Shown here in pieces: positions 49,991-61,670 of a DNA stretch of 64,000 nt; the stretch's first letter is position 1, and each line of letters opens with the position of its first letter. Source of the DNA: Zootoca vivipara (lineage: Eukaryota); assembly GCF_963506605.1 (NCBI RefSeq), contig NC_083282.1, positions 63,302,001 to 63,366,000 of the forward strand, read 5' to 3'. The notes under the pieces are model-generated. The model did not search any database, was not told where the DNA came from, and saw only the letters and a list, made by a program, of their open reading frames with translations. The position numbers were made by a program, and so were the translations under genes.

Positions 49991-51350
49991 TTGTAGATTT
50001 CGACTCGGCATTCAATACCATTCTACCGCGACGTCTGATGACTAAATTGGGAAATCTGGGGCTCCCACTATCACTCTGTGGGTGGATACTGGACTTTCTT
50101 TACGCTCCCAGAGAGACCGGTTGGGCCCTTATACCTCTAATATGCTTAGGACTAACACAGGAACACCACAGAGATGTGTGCTTAGTCTGCTCCTTTATAC
50201 TCTTTATACGTATGATTGGGTCGCTGCCCACCCCTAGTAAAAGGGTTGTCAAATTTGCAGATGACACAACCGTGATCGGGCTCATCTCTGATAAGGAGGG
50301 TGAAACGGACTATAGAGATGAGGTGGAGCGGCTGACAGAGTGGTGCAGAGTTAATAACTTGCTCATAAATACAAAGAAAACAAAGGAGCTTGAGGTGGAC
50401 TTTAGGAGACAGAGGAACAAGGTCCAGCCACTTTTGATTGACGGAATCTGTGTGGAGAGGGTAACAACGTTTAGATTTCTAGGCATTGAGTTACAGGAGG
50501 ATCTGTCCTGGAGTGTTAATACAAGGGGGCTTGTGAAGAAGGCGCAGCAGAGACTGTATCTTTTGAGAATTTTAAGGAAAAACCATTTCTACAAAAGCTG
50601 CTGCTTGCCTTCTATCACTGTGCCATACAGAGCATGCTCATGTATGGTTTATGTGTGTGGTACGGAAGTTGTACTTCTCAGGATAGAGCAGGGCTGTGCA
50701 GAATTATTAAAACAGCAGACAGCATTATTGGCTGCTCACTCTCCACCTTAGAAAAAAATCTACGCCACCAGGTGCCATAGAAAAGCACTAGACATGTCAA
50801 GAGATCCAATGCACCCTGGTCACTACAGTAGTACCTCTACTTACAAATAACTCTACTTACAATTTTTTCTACTTACAAATGGAGCTCCGTCCGCCATCTT
50901 GGATGCGGTTTAGCTAGGATTTTTTCTACTTACGAATTTTTAGATAGGGTTGCTTCGACTTACGAATTTTGCCTCCCAATGCATTCCTATGGGAATTGAC
51001 TTACAATTTTTTTCGGCTTACAAATGTGTGTTCGGAACACATTAAATTTGTAAGTAGAGGTACCACTGTATTTCTTTGAGCTCCTGCCATTGGGATGGAG
51101 ATTTGGAACAATGCAGGCAAGAACGAGCCGTCTCAGAAACAGTTTCTTCTCTAGAGCGATTTTGGCCTTAAATGGAAAGTCTGGACTTTGAAGTCATCTT
51201 ATTCCACTTGTTATTTTGTATCATATTTACTGTTTTTAATTAGGTTTTGTAGTAATTTTGGATTATGTGCAATGCTTTATCTGAGTGGATGTAGCAACCA
51301 AGTAATTTCCGCAAGGGGACAATGACAATAAAGATATCTTATATTATCTT
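49991..51350 (+). mobile_element. 5'-truncated Rex1/Babar-clade LINE, copy 2 (frameshifted, MITE-interrupted)
   Basis: Highly similar to the reverse complement of 43112-44234 (1 mismatch in a 60-bp block checked near the 5' end); [11 protein letters not shown]; ends aataaagatatcttatattatctt. Confidence 0.93.
50826..51068. mobile_element. Tc1/mariner (pogo-like) MITE inside Rex1 copy 2
   Basis: TA|cagtagtacctctacttacaaat...atttgtaagtagaggtaccactg|TA; the empty site is visible in copy 1 (ggtcaccatttcttt). Confidence 0.95.
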
Positions 51351-51627
51351 CCTGTGATTTCCAGGAACTGGTATTCAGCAGCATTCCTGCGTGCGACTGC
51401 ATTGTTCATTCTCCTGTTGCTCTCATCCCGGCAATAGTGGTGGTGACAAGGAAAAGCAGTAGATGACTCTGCCTGAATGTTCATTGCTTCTCTGCCAATC
51501 ATGTACTTAGAGAGAGGGAGGCCCATGGAGAGGGTCTTGTACAATGACCCTCCAATACCTGGAGCTGGCACTGCTAGAAATCAAAGTCATATGAAGAATG
51601 GTCAATTCAGCAGAAAGAACAACAAAG

Positions 51628-51800
51628 CTGGCATCCATCTGTCTCAGCAGACAATGGAAGATGAGGGGACGAGGTCTAGCAGTTGTAAGGTTGCAGTACC
51701 TGCTGTGGCTGTAGAGACGGATGTGGGAGAGACATGTTTTGTTGCATCTGGAACAGATGAATGTGTCCGGTTGTGCTACTGAACAACAGCAAGAAGAAAT
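51628..51800 (-). mobile_element. RTE-clade LINE 3' fragment
   Basis: FICSRCNKTCLSHIRLYSHSRYC matches the RTE C-terminal zinc-finger-like motif; 3' end gagacagatggatgcc. Confidence 0.8.
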
Positions 51801-52338
51801 CATTCAAAGTCTTCAAATATTATACACATCCAAAAGTAACAACTAGTGAAATATTTATTCTGCTATAAACCCAGTTACAACCAGCTAGCTTTAATCATAT
51901 TGCCAACAAAGACTTCCTAACCATGAAAAAGAATGAAAAAATAATAATTTGCATAAAAATCCTTTGTCTTTAGTGCCTAGGGTTGTGTGCAAGAAACATA
52001 GTACCTGCACAATATGCCACCTTTGGTTAAGACATTGCTTACTTTTTATAGTTTTGTTCAGGCCACCTCTAACAAACTGTGCTACTAGGAAGCTGCTGCA
52101 GGGGTGATCCATGGAATTTTGCTGCCTGAGGCAAATGACATGATGCCACCCTCACATTCCAGAGACTGGCATTTGAGTTTTAATTCAATGCTGGTGACAG
52201 GACCAGCATACCACACCTGGGGGCAGCAGACCAGCTTATGGGCTGCAGGGTAGACCAAGTTAGATGTTTCAGAAGGAACGGTGAGAGGCTGCATCTCTAC
52301 CCCGCAACATCTACCACCTGAAGTGAATGCCTCTAATG

Positions 52339-52594
52339 CAGGGGTCAGCAAACTTTTTCAGCAGGGGGCCGGTCCACTGTCCCTCAGACCTTGTGGGGGG
52401 GCCGGACTATATTTTGAAAAATATATATATATGAATGAATTCCTATGTCCTACAAATAACCCAGAGATGCATTTTAAATAAAAGGACACATTCTACTCAT
52501 GTAAAAACATGCTGATTTCCGGACTGTCCGCGGGCAGGATTTAGAAGGTGATTGGGCCACACCCGGCCCCCGGGCCTTAGTTTGGGAACCCCTG
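52339..52594 (+). mobile_element. 256-bp OC1/Charlie-like hAT MITE
   Basis: caggggtcagcaaact...agtttgggaacccctg; perfect TSD ctctaatg; subterminal gggggccggtccactgtccctcagacc...gggccggactata resembles OC1-family ends. Confidence 0.92.
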
Positions 52595-53810
52595 CTCTAA
52601 TGGTAGGGCAGTCTTGGGCTAATGTCTGCTTCTTAAGTAGATACAGTCAGTTGAGCCCTTGTGCTGTACCTTGAGGAAAGTTGTGCGTGATTAATGAAGT
52701 GCAGGCCTGTGTTTACTTGCATTTCTGCTGTTGAAAATTATCTAGCAAGAGCCCACAAGGAGGGATGATTTATATATAAACAGCATCCTGTTGATAGGTG
52801 GGAATGGCAGTGGATTTTTTTTACAAAGAACTTGTTAAACATTATATAGCACTTTATGCCTTTGAGCTATACCAGTCACAATGAAGTTTTTTCCTTCTTC
52901 AAAAAAAAATTGCAATGCTCAGTGGAGGAAATCAGACCACTAATTAAATTATTTTGAAATGGAAGAAAGTAAGCTGTTTCCCTTAGAAACTGTCTTTTTT
53001 CTTTGTTTCTGCCTTAATCAAAAACAAACACTTGTTGCTGCAGAGGCAGCTCACCCCAGTGATGCAAGCAAACCAAAGAGAAGGATTAAGTCTGTTTTCC
53101 TTCTTAATGTTGGTCATATAAAAGCGATCCCAAGATATTAGAATTTTAAGTGTCTCTTATTTCAACTTTACCAGGCCCTTGATGTCAGGAGCCAACAGGG
53201 CTAAAGTTCCTTGCTTTCTGCACCCCATGTGGTGAGCTGCCCAGGGCTAAACAGCTCTGAAGGTTCCATGGATTATGATGCAGTGACACTCAGCCTGACT
53301 CAGAAAGGCACAGGCACTCCACTGCTTTCTCCAGATCTGGTAGGGTTATGAAGGCTTTCAACTGAAGCCTGTACTTCGCTTGAGTGACAAGCAGCTTTTT
53401 CTTGACTATATCTGCCCGACTGCTCAAGCTCACTGTATGTGTGCACATCTCACTCTGTTGCATGTCCAGTTGCTCATCTGTGGGATTTCCCCTCAGGGAC
53501 TGGTCCTTCCACTTGCCTTTTGTTTAGGATAGCCACCTATACATTGCCATCCCCTCTCCCAAAGACATAATGCAACACACACACAAAGGATAGAAGAGGA
53601 CACAGATTTGCATAGCATTATGATGCTCAAGTGGTGCTCCTCACTTGCATGACGTAGTTTTGATGTTAGTTTAATTTCTAGTTAGTATACTTATATGGTG
53701 TTAGCATACCTTTTTGTTCAGTTTTACATGTATTTAAATTAAATACTGTTTAGTTGTATTTTAATGTTGTTCCTCTCACTGCGATAGTGTAAACAACAAA
53801 GAGCGGGTTA

Positions 53811-53938
53811 CATAGGAGCCAACTTGTGGGGGCTTCGGCCCCCACAATAAAATACTGTGCACTGTATCATATGATCAGTTATGTGGGGTGGTGCTTACCT
53901 AGGCCCCCCACAATATTTTATTCAAGTTGGCATCCCTG
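53811..53938. mobile_element. 128-bp hAT MITE
   Basis: cataggagccaactt...aagttggcatccctg; TSD gcgggtta/gcaggtta. Confidence 0.85.
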
Positions 53939-54399
53939 GCAGGTTAGAAATAGTGCCAGGTAATAAACAAGAAGTGCTTTAAATGTTTGGTGTAAATGTG
54001 GCCTCTATCCGAACACACATGTTATGTACGGCTGGATTAACAATTAGGCTCCCATTTTTTAGGCCTTTAAACTTCCCAGCTCAGCCACAATGCTTTCTGA
54101 GTGACCTTGCACCAGTCCAGCTCTCTCTGCCTTAACTTCCTCAGGAGGTTGTCATGAGGAAGTCAGAAGAAAAATGCATGTATGTCTGTATGCTACGTTG
54201 ATCCCCTTGGAGGAATAACATCATTTCTGACTTTGCTGAAGCCAGGAAAAGAAAAAAAAATGGTTTGAAGAAATGCATGTAGTGAATGATATTTGAAGGT
54301 TTTAGGCTTGATTTAAACACATGTGGTGTTCTTTTTATAATTTGTTTGATTACTTCTATTTATTCAATTATTGTAACATGAAGTGCATACAATTTAGAT

Positions 54400-54535
54400 C
54401 AGGCTTCCTCAACCTCGGCCCTCCAGATGTTTTGAGACTACAATTCCCATCATCTCTGACCACTGATCCTGCTAGCTAGGGATCATGGGAGTTGTAGGCC
54501 AAAAACATCTGGAGGGCTGAGGTCCAGGAAGCCTG
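54400..54535. mobile_element. 136-bp Charlie-type hAT MITE, subfamily B
   Basis: caggcttcctcaacct...aggaagcctg; TSD atttagat/atttagac. Confidence 0.94.
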
Positions 54536-54653
54536 ATTTAGACCTTCCATCCTCTCTGCCATAATCCCCTCATACTTCTAATCTGGTCCTGACCAGACAT
54601 ATGTAAAACATTTTCCCCTTGTTAGCTTTACCACCAGCTATCACCCTGAGTGC

Positions 54654-55361
54654 TGTCAGGCATGTTGCCTCCAGGTGAGGCCTCCCCCCTCTTCTCCATA
54701 ATTTGTGTTTATGGAGGGCAGCAGAGCTACCTGGTCCCAGCTGTAACATCTATTCATAGAGAACTAGGCTAGGCCAGATGGAGGAGGTACCATTTCTTTT
54801 CCCATCTGTTACCCACATCATGCTGCTGCAAGTGAGGTTTTCCCCCCTCCCCTGATTCCTGTTCTTGAAGCTCCACTCCACTGGAGGCCAGTCTTCTGAA
54901 ATGCCTCCAGGAGAGATGCCAGAGAGCCAGGATGACGTAATTCCCACCCAGAACCTGGCCTCTCATGGATGAAATACTGGCAGATCCACTTATTGGGGTG
55001 GGAGGCTCAGTGCCTCTCCCTGTGCCCTAAGGGCATAGCTTTCCTGCTTTCCCCAGACTTGGAGAACAACAATTGCTTCCACAGAATAGAAGTCAGCACT
55101 GGCACAATTGAACAAGAGCTCAGCACATACCCGTTCTTCAAGGAGTCCATGCCGACAGCAGTAGAGGCCTTGCCAGCCTACGTAAAGCCTCAGCTCTCTT
55201 GGCTGAGACATCCTCTACAGCTCAGCCAGCAGGGCCCACTAGGAGCTGCCCTAGGTCCTGACCTGACCTGCTTAGAGAGACATGCTTTGACGTTGCCTAG
55301 ACTTGCCTGACCTATTTTGAAGAGGCTTTGTTTGTTACTTCCACTTTCTCTGTTAACCACA
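54654..55361. mobile_element. Candidate solo LTR (708 bp)
   Basis: TG...CA termini flanked by 5-bp direct repeat agtgc (54649-54653 and 55362-55366); more GC-rich than the flanks. Confidence 0.55.
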
Positions 55362-58300
55362 AGTGCTAGGAGAAAGTCATTTGCTTTGGGTCTAGGAGGA
55401 GCTACATTGAAATACTACTCGGAAACGGTCTTAAGTACACATTGTGATAATTTTTTGGAATAATCTTATCATTTGGTCGTTGGCAATGATTCACACATGC
55501 CTTCTTTTCACTACCAGTGATGTAGAGTTATTCTGCTTTCCTGACCTTTCTGTAAGCTTGAAATAATGAAGGCTTTTAATATTGTCAGGGAACCTTTTAA
55601 CTTCACTTTTTTGCAGCTGATTGATAGGGCTGGGAGACCTGCGGTTCTTTGGATGTTGTGGGACTCCAAACCTCATCGCCCACAGCCAGCAGGGTCAGCA
55701 ATTAAGGATAATGGGATATGTACGTAGTCCAACGTCTGAAGGGCCACAGGTTCCTGAGCCCTGCTTCAGTGTTCTATCTGTTGCCTTCACAGCTTTCTTA
55801 TTTTTTTCCAAATTTTGTTATTGCAGAACACATTGAAAGACATCAAGTGATAAGGTGAAGTCAAAATGTTATAAATAAAGGCCATAACAAACCAAAGGGT
55901 GGGAAATTCCATGATGGAGAAGCTGCCACTTCCAAGCCCTAGTAGCTTGTGTAGGCCAGAGCAGAAGAGCAGGAGCAGCTTCTTCGTCTTTCTCATGGTG
56001 TTGTTGTTGTTGTTTTAAATCTTCATTTGACGGCAGTAGGAAATTAAACTTTGACAGCTCTAGGGCTAGCATAGTTTTGTAGCCTGCTTGTGGAACAAGG
56101 GGGCTTAGGACTCTCTGGGCCCACAGTCTCCCCTGATTCCCTTCCCCCACCGATCACCCCATTTCAACCTCTACCATGGGTAGGATAGTGATAGTGTCCC
56201 AGGCACAAGGAACCTTAGAAATGTAGTTCTTCGGGATGCCTAATTTGTAGTACAGACTCAGTCTCCAGAACCCATGACTGTTTAAAGTGGCATCATAGGG
56301 TACTCCTCAGCCTGGTCTCTGACATAGGGCTTTAAACATATGGTGTGACCCATAGTTGAGTGTTCTATGAACACCTGTGATCTAAACACTGGGCTTGCTT
56401 TTTCCAGAAGGCCTGTAAAGATGCTTCTTTTTGCCTTTGGACTCTTGCCTCAGAAGCAAACAAGTCTCCTCCTTCAGGTATTTTCATTTCTAACAAAACT
56501 GTATTTGTCTTTGGCAGCAACGAGTCAGGGAGATGGTTTTTGAACTTTAAGCTGTTGCTGTTAAACAAAAACGAAAGGGGAAAAAGGACTGGAGATGATA
56601 TTTGCCAACAGAGGCATCGCTCAGCACACAAAAAATAAAATAAAGAAGTCTGTTAAAGCAAACTCAGCTTGTATTGGGAGAGGGACAAATTTAGGATGAA
56701 AAGTTTCCATTTTGGTCCGCTGGTGGCTATTAGCATCTGGCAGTTGTATCATGAATTTTTGGTGCTGGAAAAACAGTCTGATGGGAACATGGAACATGTG
56801 GCACTCTAGGGTCACTAGAAGCGCAAATCAACCCAACTTGTTGCTGCTATTTATTTTAGGAGCACTTCCAATAATATGCCTTAGCAGTACTAATACTTGT
56901 TTTGTCATTTCAGCTTCCTGATATGTAGAGAATGCGATTCTCATTATTCCACAGTATATAAAGATAATGATAAACACACGAGACAGAAGCAGCAACACTT
57001 TCTGTACATTAATGCATCTTAAACAGCAAGGTAGAAAAAGAAAGCTATCACTGCCACATAGCTTGTTCTGTTCTGTGTACAGAGAAAACATGGAGGGAAA
57101 AGATGGATAAATCAGCAATATTATGTATATTTTTTTCCAAATTAAGATGTTTACCCCCTTGTTGAATTACAGTGTAAACTGTTGCTTCTCCAGCCATCAT
57201 CCTCTGATATTGTGAAATAAAAATCTGGAGCAAAGTTCCCTGCCTCTGCTTTGCCAATCATCAAAATCCTGAACTGATTCAAGAATAAGCATCACTCATA
57301 ACAAAAACAGGACATATCAGCAAATCATCACCACCACAAAGGATGAGGTTGCACCCTTTGTGGTTGGAATCCAAATCATATGAAATTTTAAGTTCAGTTG
57401 CCTCTTCTCTGCAATTTTGACACAACCTTTGTGGAAGCCACTGAGGTATAAGCTAATGAGGAACCAAAAGTGTCAACTCTCAAAAGTTTGTTGCAACATT
57501 CAGCCCTGACAGGGAGAAGCTGGGGAGTCACAAATGACAACGATTCAGGAGTTGCAACACTCTGTACCAGTTTGTGCATTCACAAGGAAGACTTTTGGCA
57601 TCTGGAGGTAGAAAAGCACAAGATGGGCAAATTTTCATTGGCCACAAGAACCCAGGCAGCAGTTTTGAAACCTGCTTTATAGTGAAAGCTGGATAGGTAG
57701 ATGGGAGAGTAACTATCTGTATAAGAAAGTAAAAATTAATAAAAACACACTAACTAAAATGCACAAATGCCTACCATTAAAACAGCTTTTGTTAGGAGCT
57801 TAAGTGAGGAGAAGCAGGTTGGGTAATAGATATTGAAAACATGCTCATTTTGGGGGGGGGGGTATTTCATTTGAACTCACCTGAAGCAGCACACCTCACT
57901 CAACGTTTCAGGAGCAAGATGTTAATCCGTGGCTGATTAAACTATTATAATTGTGCCTCCTCTCAATCCATTAATTGTTTGTTCTTGGGCCTGAAGCTCT
58001 GCTGAAAGCCTCACAAGTCTGCACAATGTTCCTGGTTTTGTATTTAGTTATACCCACTATCCGAACTTGAGATCTGAACATTTTAACAAACACTTCCCTA
58101 ATGCAATATATGTGGCATTGGAGAAGAGCTTAGGATTGGATGTCTACTGTACTGGATTCCGCACCCACCAAATATTCATTTTCAGACTCTGCATAGGGTC
58201 CTGCATTGAACTTTGCCAACAATACCCCGATAGTGAGAAGTAAATCCCACATTCTTCAGAGAACCTGCTCAGGGTGGAACTAAAATTTATGGGGAAATCA

Positions 58301-58778
58301 CTGTGTCCCCAAGCCTGTTTTTCCTTCATAATGCTAATGCATTTCTGAAAAAAATTAGTGCGCTGGAGAGGTGGTGCTTAACCTCTATTCCTCAGTTCTG
58401 CCCCCCAATGTCCCCCCAAATGTTAAATATGTTTCTCCCACAGCCAGCCTCTGAAGCCAGAAGCAAGTCTGCTGGTGGGGTGGGGTAGGTGGTAGAGAGA
58501 GGAAGGAAGTGTCCATGGAGAGGTAATTGCTTAGGTTAAGTGCCTCTCACCCTGTGCACAGCCAGTGCATAGATCTTTCCCTCTAAGTGCCTCCTTCGCA
58601 TTCATGTTATCTTGGCAAATGTTGGTTTTGGAACACATTTGCCAAGAGAACATCTAGTTCCAACCTTAGACAGGCATTGAAGTGATTTAAATCAGAAATA
58701 TGACAACAAATGCAATTGTACAAATGTTACATGCAAAGGTAAATGATGTGTAAAAATTGAAGCTACAAATATTTGGGG

Positions 58779-58803
58779 TGTGTGTGTGTGTGTGTGTGTG
58801 TGT
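58779..58803. repeat. (GT)n microsatellite
   Basis: Direct observation. Confidence 0.95.
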
Positions 58804-60238
58804 AGGATACACTGATCACTTAAGCCAAGTTTTAGAAAGACATACTGTATGTCTCAACTTACCTTCACACAATTCAATTCAAGGCTTGGACTGTAGGTAT
58901 GGTCTAGATTCTTTGCTAAGCAAAATAAACTATTTGCAGTTAGCAGACGTGAAGAAACAAGTACACAAATAACTACTCAAATGTAGAAATAATGGTTTTG
59001 CCTATGCTTCACTGCACCGGAGCTGATATTTGCCCCTCTCTGCATAAATGTAGCCATTTTTTTTGCCTGGGGCCATTTGAGGTTTTTGTGGGGCTTGCTT
59101 TAGCCCCATCCCTTTAATAACTACATTTCCTTCTCCCTTTATGATGCCTGGTTAGACCCATTTCTTTTCCTATTAGTCCTTCCAGAACCTTCTCAAAACT
59201 TTACTTGAAAGTTGGTCTTCTGTAGTAAAGATCAAAACATCCGATTCTCACAAAGGTTTGCAACAACCAGTGTGCAGATGTCATGAAAGAGAATCTTACA
59301 CAACAAATTGTTCTAGATAAACAATTTAAAAGGATGGCAATTACTACCCCGACCCTTTTGTCTGCTGCTTCTTCTTCTCCTTAAAATGAACACATCCTAG
59401 GAAATTCTCTTAAATGTGGCTTCAAAAAGGACTAATTATTTTATGACTGAGCCCAGAATAGGGAGGATGTGGTCTGCAGTGGGGAGAAGGAAGACTGTGG
59501 TTGAGGTCTTATAAACCCAAGTGCCCTTGTTCAGTAGCAAAGTTCACTGGTGAACCAAATGTTCTGATGGAAACACTTTGTTGACCAATCCGTATCCAGA
59601 TGGATCCAGTATCTTGAACCCAACGGCCAGTTAATTCATAACCTTGGGGAAAATGGGGCTGCAGGAACAAGCTGGGAATCAAGAGGAGAGTCAGTTAGAG
59701 GGGTCTTCTTGGTTCAGCTGAGGCTGCAACCTCCTCAATGCAATGAAGAGGGCAATGTGAGCAGCGGGAGTGGGGATGAGCATGATACGCTCTGCCCTCC
59801 TATGACCATATCTGTCACTCTTCAGCTTGTTGAATGTGACTCTCCCTGCAGTGGGGAACATTCCGTATCCGTGACCGCTCCCCACATTGGCATTCCGAAA
59901 TGCAAGGAGAGGCTCCATGGATACAAAAGGCTCCCACTGCACTGTGCAGACAGTAATCTTCCATGAATGGAAGGTGATGAAAATGACATGTGTGGGCAGA
60001 ATACAACCACCCCCATTCTGTCAGTGCAATATGTCTGCTGATGGAGCATTCCCTCCTTGCCCTGTGCCCTACCCAAATCTCTTCTGGAGGACTGGAGAAA
60101 CCCCAATAACATATTTGGGGGGTGCAAGGGGGAAAGAAAGGGAGGAATTTCTATTTTGAAAGTGTAATGAGTTAGCTGGATACTGTCTTTTGCATGTGGG
60201 GGCTGCCCTGAGCTGGTGCACTCATCTCTGTTGTCCCC

Positions 60239-60740
60239 TGTCAGGAATGAGCCAGCTCCAAGTGAAGGTTTGCAGCTAACTGCAGAAAGCAGCCAGGAAC
60301 AGTGAGCCTTAGATGTTAGTCAGGCAGGGGAGAGCCGGCAGCTGCAGACTTTGGCTTTTCCTGACCTTGACGGTGTGTACTTCCTGATCAGGCAGTAGCT
60401 GAGAGCAGGCTAGAACATGGCTAAAACTCACAGGAAGCACAAATAGGCACAAATAGACTCAAACTCTCAGAATAGGAAGAGGTTGGAGCTGATCCACTAA
60501 GACCGAAGAGTCAGCAGATGGCAGGGCTCCTAGATAGGAAGCAAACAAGAGATGTAAGAGTCGTGAGTTCAATATCTTCTGTAGACGCCAAAAGAAGTCT
60601 TCAGAAGGGTCATCTTGAGTAATGGTGCCGGAGGCTTTGTCAGAGCCATCCAGAGATATCTGTCTGTTTTTGCAATAGATCCTTCTTTTTAATAACCTAC
60701 ACTTACTGTGTTAGCAAGCTGGGAACCTGGACTCCTGACA
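60239..60740. mobile_element. Solo LTR (502 bp)
   Basis: 8-bp terminal inverted repeat tgtcagga...tcctgaca with 4-bp TSD cccc on both sides. Confidence 0.75.
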
Positions 60741-61284
60741 CCCCCACCCCCATGTGCTTACATTTCCATTTTTTGTCATTTCCGAAGAACTTTAAGTTGA
60801 TTTTAAAAGTTCTGCCACCACCTCTTATAGACAAGCTTGGCATCTGCAGTGTTGTATTAGGCTTGGGTATGGGAAGTTCAGGTTCAGACCTCTCCTCAAC
60901 TATGAAGCTTGCTGGGAAGCATTGAGAAAGTCATTACTTCTCAGTTCTGTCTCTCATCATTATCAGAAGATAACACACAACCACCATTAAAAAATAACAC
61001 TTTGAGTGCTTTACAGGACTAGTGTGACTTGATTTTCTTAAGCAGGTTTTGGTTAAAATTCCTGATCATTGTTTTAGCCCTTTATAAAATAAATAGGTAA
61101 CATAAAAATGTAAATTTCCTATGGGGAAAATTAAACACACACACACACACACATATATCATGTGAGCATTCTGAAGCAACAAATGGATTTACATAAAATT
61201 AAAATCAAAGTAATTATTCAAGTATTCAAATTCTGGGCTATTTATGAAATTCAGTGCAAGTTTCTATAGAGAACACAAGAGCTC

Positions 61285-61670
61285 AATGGAACAGACCAAA
61301 AATCCATATAGTTTAGCATGACTGTTTCTTACAATGGCCAATGAGATGTGTTCTCGAAGTCCATAAGCAGGGCAAAGGACAATTGCTCACTCCTATTGTT
61401 GCTCCAAAGTCTCATTTTATTTATTTCACAAAATTCATATACCACTTGTTTGTAAAAACAAAACAAAGTTAAACCTAAAAACACTTTATGAAAAGAATAA
61501 AATAATTAAACCTCCAGCAAAAAACAATGATCCCACATTAATTTATGTAACCCCCTTTCCAAGCCATCATAAGGAGTGGCCATTACCTCACCTGGTGGCA
61601 GTGAGTGCTGTAAATTAATTGTGCCCTGTGTCACAAAGTACTTCCTTTGGGCTGTCCTGAACTTTCCTCC
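61285..61670 (-). mobile_element. Old CR1 3' fragment
   Basis: IGGKFRTAQRKYFVTQGTINLQHSLPPGEVMAT...GLERGLHKLM (CR1 C-terminus); 3' UTR remnant at about 61285-61400. Confidence 0.8.

Larger units (their letters stand above)
49868..51390 (-). mobile_element. CR1-type 3' UTR remnant split by Rex1 copy 2
   Basis: ...gcaagcaggacctgagctcaaaagcactctacctt [insert] cctgtgatttccaggaactggtattcagcagcat joins into one continuous repeat sequence. Confidence 0.65.

Noticed and set aside
43112-51350. One composite DNA transposon with 1.1-kb TIRs, or an already inverted segment
   Set aside because: No TSD outside the pair, and copy 2 sits inside a repeat that is continuous on both of its sides.
61586-61606. 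CTCF-like cacctggtggcag
   Set aside because: Lies within decayed CR1 coding sequence and is a poorer match; not counted.
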